From: Octopus bimaculoides
Lineage: Eukaryota
Assembly: GCF_001194135.2 (NCBI RefSeq)
Contig: NC_068986.1
Span: forward strand, 66,319,454 to 66,383,453
Direction: 5' to 3'
DNA length: 64,000 bases
Part shown: piece by piece, positions 53,447-64,000 of the stretch
Position numbering within the stretch: the first letter of the stretch is position 1
How the letters are laid out: each line of letters opens with the position of its first letter
Notes under the pieces: generated by a model
What the model was told of the DNA's origin: nothing
Databases searched by the model: none
The model's input: the letters and a program-made list of their open reading frames with translations, nothing else
Program-made: the position numbers and the translations under genes

Positions 53447-53665
53447 ACAAGGCAGCAAGCTGGCAGAAACGTTAGCATGCCGGGTGAAATGCTTAGCGGT
53501 ATTTCGTCTGTCTTTACATTCTGAGTTCAAATTCCGCCGAGGTCGACTTTGCCATTCATCCTTTCGGGGTCGATAAACTAAGTAAGAGTTGTGTACTGGG
53601 AATCGATCTAATCGACTAGCCTCCTCCCACAAAATTTCGGACCTTGTGCCTTGAGTAGAAAAGAA
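53447..53665 (+). mobile_element. tRNA-derived SINE, family B; another copy at ~55650-55805 (-)
   Basis: ggcagcaagctggcagaaacgttagc...gttcaaattccgccgaggtcgac...catcctttcggggtcgataaa (resembles the Nin/Deu SINE domain, from memory). Confidence 0.85.
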
Positions 53666-54009
53666 TAATAGTTAAAACTTGAGTCAAATTCCATGTCTAA
53701 CAAAGTTGCTTCCCTTAAACTCTGCTTCCATCTAGGAAGTGACTTTGTGCAATGCAGAACGTTAAGTGCAGGTAAAATGTCCTTACTGTATATCCAATGT
53801 TAAATGATGACGGTACATGGGATGCAGTGATGTCAAAAGCAGGTTGTCAGAGAAGGATTTCATATTTAGCAGATATACAGGATGCTGTTAGGAGTAACAG
53901 TGCCCATGTAATTAGTTTGCTTTTTTTTCAACTACCTGGAAGGCACCCTAGAACACCAAAATGAGATCAACACTGGTTACCAATTGTGGAGGTGATCAAA
54001 AAACAGAGT

Positions 54010-54360
54010 AGCCATCATCATCATTTAGCATTTACTTTCCATGTTGGCATGTGTTAGACGGTTTGACTGAAACTGGTAAGTTGGAGAGCTGCACCAGGTT
54101 CCAATCTGATTTGGCCTGGTCTCTACAGTTGGATGCTCTTTCTAATGTCAACCACTCCAAGAGTGTAATGGGTGCTTTTCACATGCCACTGGTGCCAGTT
54201 ACACAACACAGGCATTGGCCACAACTATGATTTCACTTGGGTCAACAAGTCTTCTCAAGCACAGTATATCGCTAAAGATCTTGGTCACTTATGGCTTCCA
54301 TGAGGCTTGATTGAAAGGTGCTTCTTACTCACCACTGGCACGGGTGACAACCATGACAGA
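54010..54360 (-). mobile_element. RTE LINE 3' UTR fragment
   Basis: catcatcatcattt...gacggtttgactga...gttggatgc...aaccactccaagagtgta. Confidence 0.75.
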
Positions 54361-56951
54361 GTTAAAGAAAGAAAATGAATAGCATAATACCTCTTTGCTG
54401 GCGACAAATGAAGGAAAAATCGTCTGATACTTGTGTATGAAGTGCAATATTGCATGGTTGCCAAAGGAGGGCATTGATTGCCCATGTTCAATTGTATTGC
54501 CATGCATGACAGTACACAGTTGAGCTGTAAGAAAATCTGAGTATAAATAGAATCAGCTTTGAAAGAATGTGATGTATAAGAAAGATCACTGAGTAAAGTA
54601 GTAGCAAACTATCCAATGGGTAGAGTAACAAGGGACTGCAAAAAGGAGAACAATTATGTAACTTTTAGGCTACAATTAATTTTTCGACCTTTATTTAGAG
54701 AAAGAAGATACCCATGGGTACGTACCTGAAACAGAAAGAGAACCATAATTTGTTTTGTTTCAATGTCAATCCAAATTGAGAGGGGAAAAAAAAAAAGTGA
54801 TTAATCCCGCCAATAAAAGCAGGGGAGATAACCACGAAACTTAAAAAAAAGTTGCATTTTAGTCTGGCGACATTATTTCTCAATGAACATCTATTACAGT
54901 TGTCATTATGCTGTCAATGATCAGATTTACTCCACATTGCATCCTACTTTTCATTAATTGTATATTAAAAATTTCTTGGGTGTCAACATTTGTTATCTCC
55001 AACTTTACTATTTTTAATAATTTAGTTCTACATTGATGAACTCAGATGTAGCTCATTATCTGTCAGTCATTAACACTTGATAATTTAGTATCTCTGCAAT
55101 TAGATGAACTAAAACAATGTAGAATAAAGTATCCTGCTCAGAAATATAAACCACCTAAGAAAGATATGAACTTTAAACCTGAGCAGTCAGTCTCACTACA
55201 TGGCAATTTGCAGAGAAGTGCTCAACGAAGCAAAGGCTAGCTATGTCTGGAATAATAAATCTAGGATATACATGCTTACCTGTATTGGCTATTTCAAGGC
55301 TGACCTGAGACTAATTACTTTAAAGCTCTGAGAAGGTAATTTGATCATCATTTTAATGCTTGAACATGTCAGGTGAGATTACATTGGATTGGAGTTTCCT
55401 ACAGCTGTAGGACCTTTCTCATACCAACCCTTACTTGCTCCCAAGCAAGGTAATAATCTCTCCCATTTCCGAGAGAATGGGAAACAGACAACACTGAATG
55501 ACCTTTTGTTTACAAAGATGGTGCAACATACCACAAAACCCAGACACGCTTTCATGGTTGAGTGCAAGCAAAGGCCACCATCTGTATGAAAGTGAGACTT
55601 ATTTACAATCAATGAATGTGCAATTAACTCACAGTAACTACTGAAATTTTTAGGGGGGTGGGGGTGGGATAGTAGATTACATCGACCCCAAAAAGATGTA
55701 AGGCAAGTCAACCTCAGCAGAATTTGAACTCAGAATGTAAAGACAGGCAAAATACCATTAAGCATTTTGCTTGGCATGCTAACAATTCAGCCAGCTCACT
55801 GCCTTGAAGATAACTAAAGTCTTGAGATTATTTTCCTAAGCTATTTCTAAATGAGAATTTTAACCATCAACATAAATTAATGTTCCATAATTCATTGTTT
55901 GTTGAGTTTTCTAGTGTACATTTAAAAAGTTAGAGAGCCCAAATTAATGTAACAAAAATCAATTTAAGGGAATAAACTCATCATGGAAAAAAATAAATTC
56001 CATTTTAATATTTCCTGTTTCTCATGGTATGTATTTCTGAAAGTATTCTAGTCCAAGACAAAGCAGTGTCAGGGTGAGATATAAACTGTTGATGTAAATA
56101 TGCTGGCATTGTATCAATGCAGCCATCTGTGAGTCTCAAATAACTACTTCAATGAACAGTAATTTCAACACAATACTGAAGACAATCTGCTGTTGGTGGT
56201 GTTGGCTACATTTCATTAACTATGGTAGAGAAGTAATTACATTGCAGTTAAAACTAATACAACAGCTGGTTGGACTGGATTGACCAGCTTTGTATAACTA
56301 GCTGAAATGAGGTGCTAAATATAGCTGATCTAACCTATATTAAGACTGAAAAACAAAAATCTTTAAAATAAAAGCTTTCACTGATGTCATATTCAGTGGG
56401 TTTACATGAATTAATGAATGGGAGCAATGGGAAAACAAAAGTAACTAATGATCTTATGAACCGCCTGTTTTTCTCTCTCGAATCAAGGTTATAAAAATCT
56501 TAAGGAACTGCCCAGCTAAGGAAACTCCAGTTTACTAGAGAAGAGAGGGGGGTCCTGAATTGATTTTTTTTTTTTTTTAATGACTAATCTCTAAACCCAA
56601 ACTAATTAGCTCTCTATATATTTCCATCTTATTACAAGCTAATTTCCTGATTTCAAACAGATTTGTATACTTCTTATAAAGACCCCCAAGCTGTATGAAT
56701 TTGAATTTAACTTCTATGCCCGAACCCAGAGAAAGTTTATCTCCAACTTGTCCAGAGTTCAAATACTTTTAGGAGATTATTTAATCTCTTATACCCAACC
56801 ACCAAAATTTGGCATCGTGCCTAATGTTATATATATAAAAAAAAACTTTTTGAGTTTTTTTTTTTTTTTTTTGCTTTCCTCATGTCAGTATTCTGATCTA
56901 AAAGAAATATTTCATATGTAAAGTCAAAATTCTTTCTATTCTATCACACAG

Positions 56952-57220
56952 GAAAAGCTTTTGGTAACATTGGTGGTTATGTTGCTAGTACTGCACAAGC
57001 TATTGATATGATTCGAAGCTACGCATCAGGTTTTATCTTCACCACATCTTTACCACCAACAATACTTGCTGGTGCCACTGCAGCTATTCGCATTCTCAGG
57101 AATGATGAAGGAAGAATGCTAAGATCAAAACACCAAGCTAATGTCAAATATCTCAGAGATAGATTATTGGAAATTGGTATCCCAGCAGTGCAGTGTCCCA
57201 GTCATATTATTCCCATACAT
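56952..57220 (+). CDS. ALAS: ALAS coding exon 8 (PLP-binding lysine, TLG|KAFG)
   Basis: [13 protein letters not shown]...[16 protein letters not shown]...SHIIPIH|gtaagc. Confidence 0.95.
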
Positions 57221-58064
57221 GTAAGCAAAGTATTTATGATTTTTTTTTTTTTTTTTTTAAACAAGCTTATTGTATAGGTATAAAAACAAAATTTAGAATC
57301 CAGTCAAGCAATAAAATGCTTGGTATCTAATATTTAAAGCAAAACATCTGTAAAAATCCTTTCAATTTTCTAAGATTTACACTTACAAAGGATATAGTGA
57401 ATGTGGGAACAGGGGGGATTAGACTCTAGCGTTTATGCTTTTCCCACTATCACAGGTTCAGAGAGGAATTTAAGTATTCAAATTTAAGTATTCAATTATG
57501 TTTTATATATTGTCTAGGAACACTGATCAATTTATTCAGCTTACTCTGAGCCTGCATCCACATACCATGGAAAGACGATAGGTTAATGTGTGTAACAAGA
57601 TTGCAGTACAATGAGAAGAATATATAACCTTGAATGCAAAAATAAAAATATCTTGTTTCACAACATTCAAACTAAATATTTCAGGAAACCAATTTTAAAA
57701 TGAAAGGCGAGGGGAAAAAGAAAAAAAGGATCCAGATAAGCAGTTGCTGAATACCATGGTATAAGTGATGTCTGATTCTGAATGAAAATTGAGTTATTAC
57801 TCAAGATTTTTAAAATCTTTTAAATAGGTTGACTATAGCTGAAAGATCAAGGTGCCTAATCATAATATATAATAGTCTTGAAATTTAAGTTTCACTCTGA
57901 CCAAAAAGCTGGTAACAGAAAAAACACCTATTAATGAAAAGTCTTTCAAACACTTTGAGTTAATGTAAAACTAAGTTATTGGTAGATTAATTTTCTCTCT
58001 AAATCTAATTTTAATAATGCACTTTAATAACTCTACTTGGTGGATTTCTTTATTTCATATACAG

Positions 58065-58283
58065 ATAGGAGATCCAAAAATGGCAACTACCATTTGTAAT
58101 GAACTGATGTCCAAACACAACATCTATGTACAAGCAATTAACTATCCTACAGTTCCTCAAGGAGAAGAAAAGCTGCGAGTGGCCCCAACTCCTCATCACA
58201 GCAGAGATATGATGGATAATTTTGTTGATTCTTTAATCAATGTTTGGCTCAGTCACGACCTTCCTCTGAATCCCCAGAAGTAG
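58065..58283 (+). CDS. ALAS: ALAS coding exon 9 (last)
   Basis: IGDP...HNIYVQAINYPTVPQGEEKLRVAPTPHH...LPLNPQK*. Confidence 0.9.
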   Translation: MGDPKMATTICNELMSKHNIYVQAINYPTVPQGEEKLRVAPTPHHSRDMMDNFVDSLINVWLSHDLPLNPQK

Positions 58284-59857
58284 TCTATGTCAGATCAGAA
58301 ATGGTAATTACATGCTCAACTCAAGGGCACAAAATATCATTTCAACACAAAAAACTTCAGAACTAGATTCAGTTTAGTTCTGAAGAAATTTTGTTAACCA
58401 CTATACTAACAGTAAGTTTTAAAAAAAGTCAAATACGAAAGTATTTCATAATCTGCAAAATAAAAGCATAAAATATAATAGTTTTATTTTGTTTTTTTAT
58501 TCTATATTGAATTCAGTATTTGTATGTTGTCATTTGAGAGATTCTATTTTTCACAGCTTTGTCTGAACATACTGAACTCTGAACAATTTAAAACAGATAA
58601 CACATGCTTTTTAAGAAAATACAGGCTAAAATTTCTCCCTTTTTCGTTCTCTTAAAGAACAAGATTTTCTATGACAAATCACATCCTGTACAGTAAAAAC
58701 CGAAACAAGATCAAAAATTAGTAAAAAGACGACTTTTAAGTGGCATTCAATTGACTGTGTAAGAAATTATTCACTTATCAAACAGAATAATGAAATTTAT
58801 ATGCACACAAAGCTAACAAATAATATCATTAAAAAAAAAGTTGTTTTTTTCCAACTACATTGAAGGTTGTAGAAGCTTAAATTAAAAACTCAATGTTAAA
58901 CAAAGTTGGATTCAGTTTTAATATTTCATCAAAGCTGTTTAACAAACAAATGAAAAGTTTCTTACAGAAGCAGAGGTAACACGAGATGGGTTTGATGATG
59001 GATTTAATTTAAAGAATCAGCTTTTGCCAGTTAATAAGCCATCTTCAAACAGAATAAAACTAACAAAGTTGCATCATTTGTTAATTTTTTTTCTTTTTTT
59101 TTTTTTTCTTTGTGAACACCAAAATTCAAATTATATACTGGTTTAATCAGCTGGATGGAACAAAATATCTCACCTTGTTTAAATCATCAGAATTGAAGAA
59201 ACCTACATTGACTATTACAGTACAGCTTCATGTTGATAAGAACAATTAGCAGCTCACCTCTCCACAAATTTTTTTCAGTCACAAATATTAAAAAGTAGGG
59301 CCAAGGGGGTTATTCCTAAATACTTAAATATATAGAAATACAATTTAACCAAGAATGGATTATATGATGATGACTAGAGAATATTTGCTTTTAAATATAT
59401 ATATATATATAAAATTAGAGCAATAGCTACAAGAGTGAAACTGATTTAATAATTGAGTATTAAAATAACTTGTGATAAGATTTTTTTTTAAAATTATACT
59501 TTTCAATATAATTTACGCAATTTTCCCTCCCCTGTTAATCTATGGAATGAAATAGCTGAGAGTGAAGAGAGAAACCACACTAGCTAGCAGTAATAATTAG
59601 ATGTTTTTATTTCAAGTAAATCAGCTGTAGAGAATTAGGAGTGTAATTTTCACTCTATAAACTACAATATCAGCTTAGAAACAGTAAATGGGAGATAATT
59701 TCTTTCAAATCCAATAACCAACCAGTTTAATTAACATTGGTTGGTTCTCCAAAATCTGCTTTCAAAAATTGTGAGGAAACAAACAAATAAGAAAAAGAAA
59801 AAAAGGATGGGGGGAACCTGATTTCTTTTTGAAATTATTTTATTATAGATTTTTCTA

Positions 59858-59907
<50 letters not shown>

Positions 59908-60423
59908 CATACATACACACACATATACATATATATATAGTTCTTATTTTTTATTTTTTTTTATTTTTTAAAATTGTGTTGCAACCAGCAGTGGTAATAG
60001 TGGAAATTAAAGTGGTCAGCAGACCACTTGTGTAGGCCATCTTTGGCAAATAGCCAATTGATAGATGTGTCGTGGGAAGGGGCAGAAGTCCACTGTTTGA
60101 TGCTGCACTGTCTGGTCCATCTGTCAGTCGGTAAGGATAAGGGATATGGATGCAGCACATATCACAAGGCCCAAGAAAGTGGGAGGAAGGACCTACCGAC
60201 TAAAACCAAATACTATTTATAGAAAGCAACAGCCATTGCTCAAAGTCCTGGACAGATGTGACACCAGGCGGAACTTTTTTGTTTGTTTGTTTGTTTGTTT
60301 TGTTTTGTTGTGTTTTGTTTGTTTTCAAATTGGTGATATTATAGTCATCGTTGCTGTCTTGTGTCATTGTCGTCATCATTTTACTGTCTCTTGCTGCCAC
60401 ATCAGCTGATATTTCTTTGCAGC

Positions 60424-60464
60424 TCACACAGTATTCTGAGCATAAAGCTGAGTCCATTCACGAG
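60424..60464 (-). CDS. UBE2N: UBE2N/Ubc13 last coding exon ((A)REWTQLYAQNTV*)
   Basis: ttttttcctgtag acceptor, phase 1; matches the ARAWTRLYA C-terminus of Ubc13. Confidence 0.9.
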
Positions 60465-61715
60465 CTACAGGAAAAAATACAATAAAATCCACAATAAATT
60501 AAAGAATTTTGACAATAACTGAATACTATAAATTCTTTGCGAAAATTTTTTTAACTGGCAGTCTACTGAACATTTCAATTTCAGAGCTATTCAAGACCTC
60601 TCAAATCTCTTAAATTACTTCCTATATCTTGAAAAAACAATGGGCATGTTAGACAACTTTGACATTTTAAACTAAGTTACAAAGAGCATATCCAACTGTC
60701 TCTGTAATGACAAAGGACTGCATGAAGATTGGAATGGGATTTAGGATTAAATAAGATTGAGCAACTCCAGGAATCCACCAAAATCTTTATACAATATATT
60801 TAAAAACATACAAATAACACATACAGAAAATACAAAGGTGAAATGCAACTGAAACATCAAATATCATAAGATTGCAGCCTCGGTTTAGAATATACTACTC
60901 TTCAATAAAATAAGAGGATCAAATTTTTTTTTTTTTTTTAATATCTATCTTCCACAGTACTCAATGTAGCAGCTTACAATTATTACAATAATTAACCAGC
61001 TCACATAATTCCACATACAGCCATTCACATTTGATTATATTGGCTGCTAAATCATGACTAAACAACATAAGACATATTTAAATTCAAAACTTAAAATTTC
61101 TTTATGTGTATCTAACAGAACACACAATTTATTTCAATGCCATCCTTGTTTCAAAATATATCTAGACCGTAATTCCATCATGAATACAAACATTTAAATA
61201 TGGATACAACACCGACTTACTGGACACTGATGGTCTAGAACTTCTTATAATCTGCACAAATTTTTGAGCAGGAACTTTAAATTTCTGTGGCGGTCCGATT
61301 AGGTTTACTGGGCTGCTGTGTTTAATAGTACACTATTAATAAACTCGTATCATTTATATTGATGTATAGATACTTGTATTTCATCTAATTATATAAATAA
61401 ATTCAATACTTAATTTAGACGTGATCACTCCTATTGTGAAAAAAGTCAGTAATCCTGAAGTGTTCTGGAACCAAAGGTTCCACGAAATTGATGTACTTAT
61501 ATTTTGCTTTCATAACAGATAATCTACAAGTTGTTCTTGACACTATATGAAACAATACTTCTTTTCTAAATAATAATCTTCAGTGATTATCTGCCTACTA
61601 GTAATTTAAGCAGAATTACTTCAACTCCAGGACTAATGTACATCATTAGCCTTACTATCTCAACTAAACTATTGTTTCTCTTTAAAGTAACTATATTTTT
61701 GTATTTGGTCTTTCA

Positions 61716-62040
61716 TGAATATCTCTGTGCCTTGTGCAAGTGTCTTCTACTATACCTGGCCAACAAATGATTTGTGAGAGCATTTGGTAGACAGAAACTG
61801 TGTGGAAGTCGATCATGTATGAATACATATAGACACACAAACATGCATTTGTGTCTGTATTTACCACAGACACCACTTGACAATCCATGTTGGTTTGTTT
61901 ACATCCTCTTGTAGTTCAGCAAAAGAAACCAATAGAATAAGTACTAGACTTAAGAATTTAAAACCTAAGTTGACTTGTTTGACTAAAACCACTCCAGATG
62001 GTGCTCCAGTCTAATGAGTGAAACAAGCAAACAATAAAAG
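61716..62040 (+). mobile_element. Partial SINE A
   Basis: gcaagtgtcttctactata...aataagtactag...ggtgctccag. Confidence 0.7.
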
Positions 62041-62603
62041 ATACCTTAATTTCAATACTGATTTTTATATTCAACCTCTTAACCTTGAACAAAGTTTGAA
62101 AAACAAAAAAGATTTTTCAATAAGATAATTATTTTAAATTTCCTACACTAAAGTACTTTTGAAATGTTTTAAAAATCAAAAATTAAAATAATCACTAATT
62201 TCACAGTGTGAAGAAGGAAAAGGATATCAAAAAAAAAATTTATTCCAGAATTCAGGTACAAATTAGTGCGGTTCTTGAAGCATCTTGCATAATAATACCA
62301 TTTGGTAGTAGTTATTTTCTCTCTAGAAGCTATCAACTGAATTATAATCAAGCAATGCAAGATAAAGTGCCAGTCAATTATAGGATTCTGTCACTGCTTA
62401 CAGTAGTAAACTGTCTATCACGACTGCTAAGAAGTCAAATGGACTGAACAGTCTTTACCACTACTTAAAGAAAAGAAAGCTACTCTTTCTCCAATATATT
62501 GGCTCATCCAGAAATGTATAAACATATTAAATTAAAATATAATGCACACATATGGATCATAAAAATCTGAAGACAATATTGATAAAGAACTTGGTTAAGT
62601 CAC

Positions 62604-62744
62604 CTTTCTGAATTGCTGCTGCCTCATTTAGTTTCCATTGTTCTGCTACATCATTTGCTAAGGGATCATCTGGGTTTGGGGCACTGAGTAGTGCTTGAAT
62701 AGACAGAAGAACAGTACGAATCTGCAATGCTGGACTCCATTTAT
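62604..62744 (-). CDS. UBE2N: UBE2N/Ubc13 penultimate exon; upstream exons not found in this window
   Basis: [38 protein letters not shown]; tttcag acceptor, G|gtgact donor. Confidence 0.95.
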
Positions 62745-63651
62745 CTGAAACATTTAAAGTAATCATACAAAATAACTGAGAATGGCTGGTACTACAATAA
62801 CAGTCGATTGGTAAACCAACAATAGTCAATGAAAATAAAGAAAATGTTAAAAATTTTTTAAATAGGTATGTTCATAATACACTGTAGGAATTTTATTTAA
62901 TTAAACACCTAATCAATTTTCTCTTAAATTTACTTCAACTATTGTTGTGATGTACCTACGTATAGTTACAACTGAGTGAGTATATCAACCAGAAAGGTAT
63001 GCAAATGTAATACAGTTCCTCACAAAAAAAAAAAAGTAACAGCCACTTCAAACACACTAACATGAAAAAATGAATATAAAACAACAAGAAAATTTAAACA
63101 AAAAGCAATGGTTTTTGCTAGAACATCTGCTATAATTACATATGGTCTGATATACAATATATTATTACATCCATTATACAATCAAGAATGACTTCTCTTA
63201 TGTGAATACAATGAATGTTTGAAATATTGCCAGCAACCAAATTCATACAAACACACATGGGCTAAAATAGTGATGAACACAAGATAAACTTGACCCCAAA
63301 AGCCAACCCTGTTATTCATTGTGTAAAATTAAATAATAAATATCAAATCTAATGTGCAAGATTCTGTCTAGCTCAACTGAAAAATAACCAAATATTCCCT
63401 AAAGTACTTGAAATTGTTGAGAAAATTATCAATAAAAAGCTTAAAAGAAGGATATACTTTTATGAAGTCTAACAAATTTAATGGTGTTATAAATTTAGTT
63501 TCAAATGTGTAATAGACTATAGGGGGTTCCTATAAGGTTGTTATCCACCCCTGATTGGAACTCTTCCGTATGACATGTACGCATGCTCAGTGACTTGCTT
63601 TAACTTCCGGCATCTATTTCTAGCATATAGAGTCCACTTTTGCTGGTCATT

Positions 63652-63696
<45 letters not shown>

Positions 63697-64000
63697 CGTG
63701 TGTGCGTGTGCGTGCGTGCGTGTTTTTTTTGATTGATTAAATAATAAATTTACATCATTGAATCTAATATTCCTCTAATTATTAGACTTTATAGTGTGAC
63801 TGTCTCTTCTACACCTCATCATGCTCATGGCCAAATCAGTGAATGGTTGCTGAAAGCACATTGGGCAATACTTCACCAAGAGGAGATATAAGCTTCTGCT
63901 TATTCCTGTCTGAAGTATCGTCCGATACTTCAGACTTATCATCCGGTGAATTTACTTTGTTGACATTCTTCATCGACAGAATTTTTATACCTTTCAACCT

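Noticed and set aside
60200-60457. 85-aa ORF overlapping the UBE2N last exon
   Set aside because: Alternative frame of the exon plus low-complexity 3' UTR.
1-64000. CRISPR arrays, rRNA or prokaryotic operons
   Set aside because: Spliceosomal introns and SINEs show a eukaryotic locus; no regularly spaced repeats or rRNA motifs seen.

Overview
AT-rich, microsatellite-rich eukaryotic DNA with scaffold N gaps. The repeat families look like an octopus genome (inference from recognition, not a search). The main gene is 5-aminolevulinate synthase (ALAS, + strand): 9 coding exons over 26387-58283, 1689 nt / 562 aa, all splice phases consistent, three CP heme-regulatory motifs and a short C-terminus. 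It converges on the last two exons of UBE2N/Ubc13 (- strand). A CpG-retaining region near 8.4-9.2 kb looks like a bidirectional promoter, shared with a candidate unnamed minus-strand gene whose putative third exon is Cys/Pro-rich. Best leads: (i) an elongator tRNA-Met(CAT) gene with a canonical 22-nt intron, unusual in animals; (ii) a full-length, decayed Penelope-like element with a 14-bp target-site duplication, whose terminal repeat joins a tRNA-like Pol III head to a minimal hammerhead ribozyme, plus a stand-alone copy of that module; (iii) three different minimal-hammerhead families within 45 kb. The rest is SINEs, LINE fragments (RTE, CRE-like), DNA-transposon relics (mariner, pogo-like, piggyBac MITE) and a 200-bp foldback. 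Exon and RNA coordinates were counted by hand; repeat boundaries are approximate.
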